Positions 50,758-61,900 of a DNA stretch of 64,000 bases are shown piece by piece. The translations under genes and the position numbers were made by a program. Origin of the DNA: Ostreococcus lucimarinus (Eukaryota); the NCBI GenBank assembly GCA_000092065.1, contig CP000590.1. One strand, given 5' to 3'. How positions within the stretch are numbered: position 1 is the first letter of the stretch; each line of letters starts with the position of its first letter. The notes under the pieces are model-generated. The model was not told the origin of the DNA and searched no databases. It saw only the letters and a program-made list of their open reading frames with translations.

Positions 50758-51306
50758 CTACAGAAACCGCTTTACGGCGTCGAAAATCTCCTCCGCGGGC
50801 GGCGTAAAGAAATGATCCCGCGTCTCGCTCACGCTCTCTCGCGCGCCCAATTTCTTCGCCAACGCCAGTTGTATCGCCGCCGGCACCAACGAATCGCGCG
50901 TGCCGATCACGCACTCGATCCCTCGCGAGCAATTCGACGCGATTTTACCGTAATCAAACGCGTCATCAAAATATCCAGACGCGCGTTCCGTCGCGTCGCC
51001 CAAGTCGTCGTCGTATCCCGCCACGAGCACGATCCCTCTCACCGCGTTTCGCTCCGCCACGCGCATCGCGCACACCGCACCGCTCGAGTGTCCGACGATG
51101 ACCGTGTTCGCGTCGCACCGCAGCTCGTTTTCGCAGTGTGGGACCCAAATATGTCGACGGCACACGTCCGCGTCTGGCATCGAGGGCGTCGTCAAGCGAA
51201 CGTCGTCGGTGACGCCGCGGTCGATGAGGGCGCGCTCGAGCCAGGCGTAGTGATTGCAGGAACGCGTGGGGGCGCATCCCGAGCCGGGGAGGATGATGAC
51301 GTTCAT
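50758..51306 (-). CDS. RBBP9/YdeN-family serine hydrolase (alpha/beta fold), 182 aa.
   Basis: MNVIILPGSG.., nucleophile elbow GHSSGA, family-sized. ATG verified at 51304-51306. The upstream part of the track ORF is rejected. Confidence 0.6.
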   Translation of the reverse strand: MNVIILPGSGCAPTRSCNHYAWLERALIDRGVTDDVRLTTPSMPDADVCRRHIWVPHCENELRCDANTVIVGHSSGAVCAMRVAERNAVRGIVLVAGYDDDLGDATERASGYFDDAFDYGKIASNCSRGIECVIGTRDSLVPAAIQLALAKKLGARESVSETRDHFFTPPAEEIFDAVKRFL

Positions 51307-51478
51307 GGCGGCGCGGGAGTGCGGCGACGGTGATTCGCGATGGCGGCGGTCGGGCGAGTAACCGTCTCGGCGCCGAACGGGACGCGCGGTCGTCGAGGTG
51401 GATTGGATGGCGTATGACAACTCGGATGACGAATTAAATGAACGGGGTGTCGGGAAATGATGCTCGTGGTCGATGCGG

Positions 51479-54055
51479 TCACGTCGTCGCGGCGTTTTCG
51501 TCGCCGTGGAGCCGAGCGGATGATTTGGAGTGCTTGCGCACGATGGGAGATAACGCCACGGGTTCGCCGGCGGAGATTTGGCGGAAGACTTCGGCCGTGA
51601 CGGCGTTGACGTCGACGTCGGCGCCGTGCTTTTGAATCTGCGCCAAGAGGTCTTGGAGCTGTGTCATGGACAATCCCGAGTCGGGCGATCCCGAAGACGA
51701 CGGTTCGGCAAACGGGCGCAAGAATCTGTGCGTGAGAATCTCCTTGACAGATATGCGGTTCTTCGGATCTCGCTCCAGACACTTTCGCATCAAGTCAATG
51801 AGCGCCGGATTCTCCGTCGGTAACGGTGGAAACGCGATCGTGTGCCGGGGATCGGTAATAGCGTGAAGTTTTTGAATCATCCCGGTGATTTTGCTAAACG
51901 GCGTGTGCCCGTACACCATCTGGTACAAGATGCAACCGAGACTCCAAATATCGCTCGCGCGTCCAACTTTCATCGGTCCTCCGAGTGCGGACGCTTGTCC
52001 GTTCAGGATTGCCTCAGGGGACATGTAGTTCACCGTTCCAACTTGATGATCTCGCACAATATTCGTGTGATCGGGCGCTTGCTCCGTCTGTATCGCGCGC
52101 GCGATGCCGAAATCGATGAGCTTGAGCGCGCCCTCGACAAAGAGAAAGTTTGCCGGTTTCAAATCACTGTGCACGATGCGCTCCTCGTGAATGATATTCA
52201 CCGCTTCCACCATTTGTTCAAAGTACAGACGTAAAAAGTTGTCGTCAATCACACCTCCGTGGTTTTGACGCTGCTTTTCGCGCTTGGCGAGCATGTGTGC
52301 GAGGTCGATTTCGCCAAATTCAAGCACCATAAATATGAGCTTCTCCTTCGGGCAAACCTCCGCATCGACGAGCTGAATGATGTTGTCTCTTCCTCGTAAT
52401 GTCTTCAGCAGCTTGATTTCGTCAATAAAACCCGCCACGGTTTCGTGCTCTTTGCCATCGAGACGAATTCGCTTCAACGCTAAAATCTTTCGCTTGGGAG
52501 AGACGACTTTGTAAACCTTGCACGTGCCACCTTGACCCACGCACTCGAGTTTCGTATACTTGACTCCATTCACGATGACGGTGTTATCATCCTCGCGAGG
52601 ACGGTCGTGATACTTGTTCGCGCTCGCCACGGAGCTACTCTCCACGCGCCGCTCGCCGCCTTGCAAGGGCGTTTGCTCCGCCGCTCGTTGCCTCGAAGGT
52701 GGTACTCTCGGAGGATCCATCGATGCGTGACCGCTAGCGGCCGGTGTATGCTCGGAACGTGAAGGTCGAGACGCGCTCAAAGCGCTGTACTTCTCTTTCG
52801 CCTCCGCGAGGCGGCTTCGCAACGTCACGGTGGCCTCCATCACGCTCGTCGGCGGCGGCGGGGGCATTGAATTCTCCGTCTTTTCGCCGCCACCGCGTAT
52901 ACCTCCCGTGCGGGCGCTGTGATAGCTGCTCACGCTTCCCGGCATCGCCGTTGATGACGTCACGTACGTCGTACCCGCATGGTGCGACGGCGCTACGGGC
53001 TGCGGCGCGGTAAACTTTGCCGTCGGCGTCGCTTGCATATTCGCCAAAGCCGCGGCGCGTTGCGATAAATTCTTGGGCGTCGCCACCACGGATGACTTCG
53101 CCCCAACATGCATGGCGTCCACATCCATATCCCTCGTCACGTGTCGCGGGTTCGCGGGCTTAATCGCCGACGTATACTGCGGCGCCAGCGACCGAAACGG
53201 CGTGTGTTGCGTGTGCTGCGCCGGTTCGTATCGTTTTCCCTCCATATCCGCCAGCATGCACTCGATCGCCCCCGAGGGCTCGGCGCCGAAATCTAATCCT
53301 CGCTTTAAGATTTTTACCGCTTTCTCCTCGCCCTTGAACGTGTACCCGAACGCCGCCCACTCGCACCAATAAATCGCGTGCTTGTGCCCGATGCCGCACG
53401 ACTTTAAAAACTTAAACGTATCCCTCGCGTCATCCATGTTGCTCACCATCTGCTGCCTCGCCAGCCCGAGAAATATCCTCACATAGTTTTCATCGTTCAC
53501 GTTCCCCCGCTTCGGGATCGTCTTCGTCGCGAGTTCGTACAACCGATGCAAGCTCACCCCGTTTCGACTCCCCGCGCTCGCGCTCGGTTTCCCCACCTCC
53601 GCCGTCGCCGCCGCGTCCGCGTACGTCGCCTCTTCGTGCTCCAAAAAGTTCAACCACGCCTCCGGGTTCTCTTGATTCTCTCGCACCGCGTTCGCCAGCG
53701 CGTTCCTCGCCTTTCTCCCCCGCGTCGGCGTCCCCGTCTCGTCCGCGCTCGCGCAGTACTCGTCCAGCAGCGCCGTCGCCGTCCCCGCCCGTCGCGTCCC
53801 CACCGCCGCGCTCGTCGACGCGCTCGCGCGCGCGTCCGCCTCCGCGCGAGGCGTCACCGCGCTCATCATCCGCACCCGCGCCGCGAGCGACCGCACGCGC
53901 GGTTCGTACGCCGACGACGGCGTCGTCGCGCCGTCGCCGAGCCGTTGTCCATCGCGATCGTTCTCGCCGTCTCCGCGCGCGCCGCGCGTCGCCGCGTCGC
54001 GCGATTTCCCGTCCGCGGCGCGGTGGGCGTTTTCTTTATCGCGCTCGACGTCCAT
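51479..54055 (-). CDS. MPS1: Mps1/TTK dual-specificity spindle-checkpoint kinase with an N-terminal KEN box and TPR/Mad3-BUB1-like region.
   Basis: Begins MDVERDKENAHR (KEN). TPR-like region ENPEAWLNFLEHEEA..HAIYWCEWAAFGYTFKGEEKAVKILKRGLDFGAEP. Kinase motifs VGQGGTCKVYKV, HSDLKPANFL, DFGIA, GTVNYMSPE, DIWSLGCILYQMVYG. The first 263 codons of the track ORF (overlapping the carboxypeptidase gene) are rejected. The start is at ~54054/54055. Confidence 0.85.
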   Translation of the reverse strand: MDVERDKENAHRAADGKSRDAATRGARGDGENDRDGQRLGDGATTPSSAYEPRVRSLAARVRMMSAVTPRAEADARASASTSAAVGTRRAGTATALLDEYCASADETGTPTRGRKARNALANAVRENQENPEAWLNFLEHEEATYADAAATAEVGKPSASAGSRNGVSLHRLYELATKTIPKRGNVNDENYVRIFLGLARQQMVSNMDDARDTFKFLKSCGIGHKHAIYWCEWAAFGYTFKGEEKAVKILKRGLDFGAEPSGAIECMLADMEGKRYEPAQHTQHTPFRSLAPQYTSAIKPANPRHVTRDMDVDAMHVGAKSSVVATPKNLSQRAAALANMQATPTAKFTAPQPVAPSHHAGTTYVTSSTAMPGSVSSYHSARTGGIRGGGEKTENSMPPPPPTSVMEATVTLRSRLAEAKEKYSALSASRPSRSEHTPAASGHASMDPPRVPPSRQRAAEQTPLQGGERRVESSSVASANKYHDRPREDDNTVIVNGVKYTKLECVGQGGTCKVYKVVSPKRKILALKRIRLDGKEHETVAGFIDEIKLLKTLRGRDNIIQLVDAEVCPKEKLIFMVLEFGEIDLAHMLAKREKQRQNHGGVIDDNFLRLYFEQMVEAVNIIHEERIVHSDLKPANFLFVEGALKLIDFGIARAIQTEQAPDHTNIVRDHQVGTVNYMSPEAILNGQASALGGPMKVGRASDIWSLGCILYQMVYGHTPFSKITGMIQKLHAITDPRHTIAFPPLPTENPALIDLMRKCLERDPKNRISVKEILTHRFLRPFAEPSSSGSPDSGLSMTQLQDLLAQIQKHGADVDVNAVTAEVFRQISAGEPVALSPIVRKHSKSSARLHGDENAATT

Positions 54056-54275
54056 CGCGCGCGCGCGGCGAGAGACGCGTCCGCGTCTGCCGCGACGCGC
54101 GCGGCGCGCGTTTGAATCGCCGTTCCCCTTTTTATCGCGACGCGGCGCGAACGCGCGAAGACTTAAAACGCGCGCGAGTACGAGAGACGATTCGCGTCGC
54201 GCGAAAAATCGGTGAAGGCACAACCCTAGACACCGGCGCGACATCGCGACGCGCGCGCGCGAGCGCGCGCGCGTC

Positions 54276-55691
54276 ATGGCCGCCGACGACGCGCGTCGCG
54301 CGTACGCGTCGAACGATGACTTGCGCGACGCCATGCGGCGGCTGAGCGCGAGCGATGGCGCGTGCGCGGGGATATCGCGCGTGGTGTCGCTGGGACGGAG
54401 CGCGAACGGCGAGGACGTGCGCGCGCTGACGATCGGTCGAGGCGCGCGCGCGAGCGACGGCGACGACGGCCGGGGAGGGCTTCGGTTTGGATTCATCGGG
54501 AACATGCACGGAGACGAGCCCGTGGGGCGAGAGATCGCGATGGAGGTGGGGCGATGGGTGTGCGAACGCGCGACGACGACGCGCGAGACGACGAGCGAGG
54601 CGGAGACGCGCGAGCGGGCGCTGGCGAAACGATTGGTGAACGAGGCGACGCTGTTCGTGGTGCCGACGGTGAATCCCGATGGGTTCGCGGCGAAAACGCG
54701 CGGGAACGCGCGTGGGGTGGATTTGAATAGAAACTTTCCGTACACGCGATTTTCGCTGCCGAAATCGTTGAGCGGACGGGCGAGCGCCGTGGGCGGGAGC
54801 GCGGGGGACAACGCGAAGCGAGAGATCGAGACGGCGCTCATCATGCGATGGAGCGAAAAGTGGGCGATGAATGGGGCGCTGAATTATCACGAAGGCGCGT
54901 TGGTGGCGAACTACCCGTGGGACGGGAACGACGACGGAAGCACGTCGTACAGCGCGGCGCCGGACGACGCGACTTTTAGATATCTCGCGTCATCGTACGC
55001 TCAAGCGCATCCCACGATGAGTAAGAGCGCGGAGTTTGAGGGTGGAATCACTAACGGCGCGGCGTGGTACCCGTTGTGGGGCGGGATGCAAGATTGGCAC
55101 TACGTGCAGACGGGGACGTACAGCTTGACGGTGGAGGTGGACGACGAGAAATGGCCGAGCGAGGACAAGCTCGGAGCGATCGTCGACGAGCACGTGAACG
55201 CCAGCATAGACGTGTGCGCCCGCGCGCTCTTCGGCTCCGTGCGCGGCTTCGTGCGCGATGAGAGGGGCGCGGCCGTCGTCGGCGCTTCCATCGTCGTCGG
55301 CCGCGACAGCGCGCCGGTGAAAACCGACGCTCGAGGCTTCTTCGCCAAGCCCAGCGAGCCGTCCACTCGACCCGTTCGCGTCGTCATCACGCCTCCATCG
55401 AACAAGCGCAACGTCGACACCATCACCCACTTCGTCCCCACCATCGATCCAACCGACGGCGCGTCGATCGACGTCGTCTTCACTCCCAGAAGCGCCCCTC
55501 CCGGCTTTCTCCTGCTTCGCGTCGTCGCCGTCGTCGTCTTCGCCGTCGTCGCCTTTCTCATCCGGCGCAGCGCCCGACGCCGCAGGCGCGTGTCGGTGCT
55601 TTCAGAGTCATTAGTAAATAACGTCGACGTCGAGAAGGCGATCGCGAACCGACGCGGGATGACATCCAGCCGTTCGTTGTCCGGCCTCTGA
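54276..55691 (+). CDS. M14 zinc carboxypeptidase (N/E, CPD-like subfamily) with a C-terminal TM anchor.
   Basis: HGDEPVGREI (Zn ligands), NPDGF, DLNRNFP, YHEGALVANYPWD, a transthyretin-like domain after the catalytic domain, and hydrophobic LLLRVVAVVVFAVVAFLI near the C-terminus. Confidence 0.8.
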   Translation: MAADDARRAYASNDDLRDAMRRLSASDGACAGISRVVSLGRSANGEDVRALTIGRGARASDGDDGRGGLRFGFIGNMHGDEPVGREIAMEVGRWVCERATTTRETTSEAETRERALAKRLVNEATLFVVPTVNPDGFAAKTRGNARGVDLNRNFPYTRFSLPKSLSGRASAVGGSAGDNAKREIETALIMRWSEKWAMNGALNYHEGALVANYPWDGNDDGSTSYSAAPDDATFRYLASSYAQAHPTMSKSAEFEGGITNGAAWYPLWGGMQDWHYVQTGTYSLTVEVDDEKWPSEDKLGAIVDEHVNASIDVCARALFGSVRGFVRDERGAAVVGASIVVGRDSAPVKTDARGFFAKPSEPSTRPVRVVITPPSNKRNVDTITHFVPTIDPTDGASIDVVFTPRSAPPGFLLLRVVAVVVFAVVAFLIRRSARRRRRVSVLSESLVNNVDVEKAIANRRGMTSSRSLSGL

Positions 55692-55948
55692 CCGACTGTA
55701 CCTTGTAACAGCAGCACCGTGGTAGCAGACAACACCCACGCCCCGCGCACGATGAACCGCACACGCGCGCGCGCGCACGTCAGATTGACGCACGAACGCG
55801 CGCGAACGCGCGAAGAAATCGCGTGCGCGTGTTTACCGCGCGAAGCCGCGCCCGCGACGCGCCCGCGACGCACGCGCGACGCGAACACGCGAACGCGCGA
55901 CGGTGAACACCCTCGGCGTCGCGCGATCGATCGCGCGTGGTGACGGCG

Positions 55949-58900
55949 ATGGCGAGCGAACCGGCGCGCGCGAAGTTCAAATCCCTGCGAGGATGGAACG
56001 TCGATAAGTACCAGTTCGATGTGCGCGCGCAGAGCGCGTACAACGTCCTGCCGGGGACGCAACGTTTGAAATTGCTGTGGAGGCGCGGACACAAGCGCGC
56101 GGAGACGAAGACGGCGAACGTGACGCGCGGGGAAGCGGTGTGGGATGAAACGCTGACGCTGTCGTGCTCGATGTTTGTGAATCCGAAGACTGGGATGTAC
56201 GAGAGCAAGCCGGCGATGTTCGTGCTGCAGACGGTGAACGAGGACGGGTCGATTGGGAAGACGTACGCGGAGGCGACGATTGATCTGTTGGAGTTTGCGT
56301 TGAATCCGGGACGGGAACTGTCGCAGACGGTGCCGATGAGACAAGGAGCGGTGTCGATGTTGACACATTTACAGTTCGCCGTCACGGCGACGCCGTTGGC
56401 GGAAAACGTGGCGTTGAGCGACGTGTCGAGCGCGCTGAGCGTCGCCGATCTAGCCGACGTCGCCGAGTTGGCAGCGACGAGCGCGGTGCCGGAAAAGTTG
56501 GCGGTGAACGTGATCGGGGAGCACGAAGATGAGGGATATTTCGATGAGAAACTCGATGTCAGAGAGGATGCGCAATCGGAAAGTGAAAAAGAGGATAGCG
56601 AATTTGCCTACTTTGACGAACGCCTGGCGTACAAGGTGGAGGGCGACGACACGGAACAACTTCCGCCGCCGACTGCGGAGGAACTATTATCGGGCGTTGA
56701 CGCTGAAGAAGGCATCGTACCCGGTGTGAAGATGATGCGCTTGATTGTCGGGAAAAAGTGCAAAATTTTCGTGCGGGGTCAGGATAACTTTGGCAACGCA
56801 CGCACGACAGGCGGGGACAACGTCGAGGGCGTGTTGATCGGTCCGAGCGGGCAGCGCGGGTTAGTGAGCACTAAAGACCACGGCGATGGCTCGTACTTGC
56901 TAGAGTTTACGTGCATGCAACAAGGGATTTGGACCCTTCGTACGCGGTTTAACGGTAGACTGAGCGTGGAGCGACACAAGCTCGTGGTTTCCTTCGGTCC
57001 GCTCACGGCCCAGGACGTTCGGGTGCAGTTACCGAAGCCGCCGTTCAGATGCGGTGCGTACACGGACATGCAAGTCGTTGTTGAGCATCCGGAAGATGGG
57101 AGAATTCTAACTGGTGCAGAGGCGTTTAACGTTCGCCTCGTCTCACCGGCGGGCTTGTCGTTGGGCGTTCCGCTCGACATTCGTCCCGGGACGACCGCCG
57201 CCGTCGCGCGAATCAACTGGCCCGAAGTTGGCGAGCATCAGCTTGACGTAAGACTAGATGGTGAATCGCTTCGCGGGTCGCCCATGCGAGTCGAAGTTGT
57301 GCCTGAGGATTTGTGCCTAGCCGCTTGTCAACTTCAAGGTCCGGGTGTTCATCGATGCACGGCGGGCATACGCTCCGCGTTTGTCATCGAAGCTCACGAC
57401 AGTCGTGGTAATCGTCTCCTTTCTGGAGGCGCGCCACTCTTTTTGGGCATTCGCACGGCATCGAATGAGTCGTACTCGGGTGAGATTGTTGATTTCGGCA
57501 ACGGCACGTACGAAGCTTCGTACTCTGTTCGTGTTTCTGGTTATTACGAATTATCGCTCGCCATCTTAGGTGAGGAACTCGTAATTAAAGGCTTATGTGA
57601 ACCCGGCAAGGCCGTCGTCGCGGGTTGTGAGCTGGTCGGCGACGCCGGATTGGACCTTGAAGTTGGCTCTTCCGGTCGCTACAGTATCATTCGTCACGAT
57701 GCATACGGCAACAGAGTGCCAACGCGTCAGGGACAAATCAAGTTCAAAGTTACCGCCGATGGACCTGGACCCGCAACTTGTACGATGATTGATAGAGCTG
57801 ATGGCGTTAGTGATGTCGATGTCAGTACCTCTGTAGCCGGGAGGTATTTCGTCCAGGTGACGGCTGGTGATCAAGAACCGATTCCTGGTTCGCCGTTTGA
57901 AGTCATCGCATATCCTAGTCCTGCTTCGCACGAAACGAGTGTGACGACAGTGTTCGGTGCACAGTTAGCCGCAAGTGATAGCGATGTCCTCGTGGCTGTT
58001 GCTGGCGAAGAGGTCTCGTTATCAGTAGCACCTCGTGATATGTACGGCAACGTCACTGTCTTCTCCAAGTCGGCGGCGATCACTGCGACAGCGACGGGAG
58101 GTGGCGTCTCGACTTCCTTTGAAGAACGCACTGGAACTCGCACGGAAGTTTCTTTGTTCTCGACTTTCAGACTAGCTGGGTCGTACTTGCTCACCGCAAA
58201 AATCGGCGACAAGGTGTTAGACGGCTACCCAAGGATTCTCACGGTTGTTTCGGCGGCCACTGAACCTCGAAAGTGCATGTTGTTTGGTGACGCGCTTCAA
58301 GGCGTGAGGTGTAACCGAGTTTCAACACTCACCGTGCACGCAGCAGATAAATTTGGAAACTTGAGATCGACGGGTGGCGACGTTGTCGATGTCAACTTGT
58401 GCTCACCCGACGGAAAGTACGTCGTTGCTTCAAAGGTTGATGACCACGCCGACGGAACGTACGGCGCAAAATTCAAGCTCGAGCGCCCGGGGACGTGGGA
58501 AATCCAACTCGTCGTCAATGGCCGCGGTGGCCGGACGCAAGTCAATGAGATTACTTCGTATTTTGCAGGCGTCAAAGCGAACGAGTGTACGTTTTCTGGC
58601 ATGGGTTCGGATGGTGTTGAAGGCGTCGTATGCTTTAAGCAGAGTGACATCGTCATCGAGCCAGCTGACTTTGAGCAAAACTCACGCCTCATGAGCGGGA
58701 AAGAAGCCGTCGCAGTCCGTATTCTCACGCCATCTGGAGGTATTAGCTCTGTGGATCTCAAGTTCGAAAATGGAAAATATAGAGGATCGTACACCTGGAC
58801 TCAGCCAGGTCAGCACACCGTGTCCGTGTCTCTTGATCAAGAAGCCATCGTGGGGTCGCCGTTTTCCGTTGAGGCCATGAGTGCGTTGCCTCAAATTGCC

Positions 58901-61900
58901 GAACTGGAGAACATGGCCGTCGGGGAGATTGCCGATATCCTTCCAAAGCTCAGTGGCGAAGGTGCATCGCAAGCGTTGCAGTCTCTTGGACCCGATAAAG
59001 CGGCCGAAGCGTTGGCGGGCAACACGCCCGAGTCAGCGGTGCGAATGATGGCGCATGTGTTCCCTGGAAATGTTGCGGAAATTCTTAGTTGCATGCGTCC
59101 TGACGCAGCCGCAGCGACAATCTCTGCGATGCCCGGCGAGCGAGCCGCTGAGGTTCTCAGCACAATGCAATCAAACGACGCGACGCAGCTGATGAAGAAT
59201 ATGTCGAGTGGGGAGATATCTGAAAAGGCTGAAATGTTCGCCGACGTCATTTGTGGCATGAAGGAAGACGATATGCTTGTGTGCGTTCGCGAGCTCATGA
59301 ATTCGCGAACCGCGGAGAAAGGTTTAAAGTCAGTGCTAGATAAAATGCCCGCGCGCGTCGTAGCTGAACTCACTGGTAAGCTGGATAAGGGTGAGAACAC
59401 CAGGCTTCTTTCCGGGCTTTCGCATGAGCGCACAGCCGCCATTGTCTCTAAACTGCCAGTTGAGCTGCAAGCCGGTGTCATTGGCCTGCTCGGCGGAGAT
59501 TCCATGTTCCAGATGACGAAGACCTTGTATGCTGCGTATAAAGTGGACAAGAATTCGTCCGCACAAGAGCGCAGTCGAATGAAGGCGGATGCCCAGGACA
59601 CGGGTCACCGGCTGGCCCCAGCTCTCGCTAGCATGGACACGGAGGAGCTCCGCGACAATTTCAAGCAAGCAACGCCCGAGCATATCGGTGGCTGCCTCTT
59701 TGCACTCATCGACGCAAAGCGCCGTCAGGTTGGCTCTAAAGCTATCGCTCGTCCCGTGGCACAGATGATGGAAGACGGCTCGATCGAATGGGGGGATGGT
59801 TCCATTTCTCACGTGAACGAAGACAGATCGGCAATCAATCATTCCGACGGAACTTCGGCATCCCTTCGTGTAGATGGTACTATCATCGATAGCGATGGAC
59901 AAGTGCTCAAACTTAGACCTGATGGGATCATCACGGCCGATGGTACTGTCCTAGGGGCCGACGGAGAAATCACCACCGCTCCGTCCGGTCCGTTGCACAT
60001 GTTCAGGGCACTGACGACGGAGCAGCAAACAGCGGCGATTCTTGAGCTCATCGAATTCAGTCAAACGGGTAACGCCGGCGAGATCTTGGTCGATCTCACC
60101 GCGACGGAGCTTCGCGAGACAATCCGCCCCATGGGTGCTAGCGACCAGGCGAAAGTCTTCATAGAAATCGGGCGAATGTCGCCCTCGCAAGCAGCTCGCG
60201 CTGCTTCAGTTCTCAGCCACACCGAAGCTGCATCAGTGGTGAGCATCATGGTGAATCCCGGTTCAAGCGGGCGATGCGACGAGCCATTCATGGGCCCGTT
60301 CCTCGAGGCGCTGGCGCCGCAGATTTTGCGTAACATCGAACCACCAACAGCTGTTGGCGGCGCGCTGGCAACGCATCTTTCCCCGACGGCAGCTGCTCAC
60401 GTTTTGCACAAGCTCGAGCCGATGGATGTGTCGCGTATCATCGAAGGAATGAGTCCAGCAGAAGTGCGCCAAGTCATCGAATCGAGTTCGAATATTCAGG
60501 CCGAAGCCGGTAAGGCTGTGAGCGATACTCCGCTCATCGCCGCGCTCGTGCCTTACGTGTCCGCCATGGATGACTCGCAAGCGGCGACGCTCTTGGAAGG
60601 TCTTCCTGCGGACATGGCTGTTGGCGTCATGATGTGCACGCCTGAAGAACGGGCTAAAGAGATTATGTCGCACACGCGAAGACGAGACTTGAAGGAGCGC
60701 ATAGCGAACAAATCCTTGATTCACCTCGACGCGTGTACTATCGTCAACCTTCGTGGGGCAGTAGCAGGGGAATCCTCTTCCTTCATTTTAGAAGCGAGAG
60801 AGCGCGGTGGAAACAGGATTACTTTTGGAGGCGGACGGTTGACAGTCGCCACGAAGCTGTTCTCCGCGCCTGGTCCTGGCGTTGAGCAAGGGACTGTCCA
60901 TGACCGCGGTAATGGTGAATACGTCGTACAGTTCACGAGCACCTTGGCCGGTAAGATCGCCGTCGTTGTCGAGGCTTCCGGACAATCTCGTGCCTGGGAC
61001 GTAAACATCGAGGCATCCGACGTCGTTATTCCAAAGTGTACGATCGAAAAGCAAGGATTGGAGAGTTGGACGGCCGGTAGTCCTGGTAGAATACTGCTTA
61101 CTTTGCGCGATCGCTTCGGGAATTTCGCTCATTCGTCGAAAAGTATCCTCGAGTTCGAAGCTCGCGCATCAGGACCTGGAGGCGTCATCGTCGAGCGCAA
61201 CATGTTGGATGACGGGAAAATTGAATTTCTCCTGAACACGACTGTCACTGGCATTTACAAAGTCGCCGTATCGTGCTTGGATACGAAAGAAGATTTGAGC
61301 GGCTGTCCCTTTGAAGCACGTATGGGGACCGACGCTCTCTCCCAAGCGGGCTGTACCGCCTCATTGCAATCTCTCACGAGTTCGACAAAGGGCCCGGGGG
61401 CGAAAGCCGCCGCCTATGGCGCCTGCGCCGCCATGGCGGGTGAAGAAGTCACCTGCGTTGTGGAGGCTCGCGATCGGTACGGCAATACGACTACTTTTGC
61501 AGGCGAACACGTGGCCGTCATTGCGTTCGGACCGGCGCACTTGCCCGCGGATAGACCGTTTGAAGTGGCCGACGTTCGCAGTGGCCGGATGGCGCTTCGA
61601 GCCATCTTCCCACGATCGGGGAGCTACACGATCGCTGTAACTGTTGACGGCATCCCGATCGCTACGTCTCCGCTCATCTTGCACGTTTTTCCGGGTGCGT
61701 GCGAAACGAGTCGTGCGGTCTTACGTGGTGACGCGCTCAATGGCATCGTCGCGAGTAAGATTACAAGTCTTCTTGTGCAAACAGAGGACAAGTACGGGAA
61801 CCATTGCCACGTGGGTGGCGACAGGGTGAATCTCTCCATGTCAGGACCGAACGGCATCAAAGTAAATTCTTTGGACGTCAAAGACAACGAAGACGGAACG

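Noticed and set aside
51479-54844. N-terminal 263 codons of the Mps1 ORF (54056..54844)
   Set aside because: No kinase or TPR similarity, Arg/Ser-rich, and overlaps the 5' coding region of the carboxypeptidase gene on the other strand. The real start is the KEN-box Met at ~54055.
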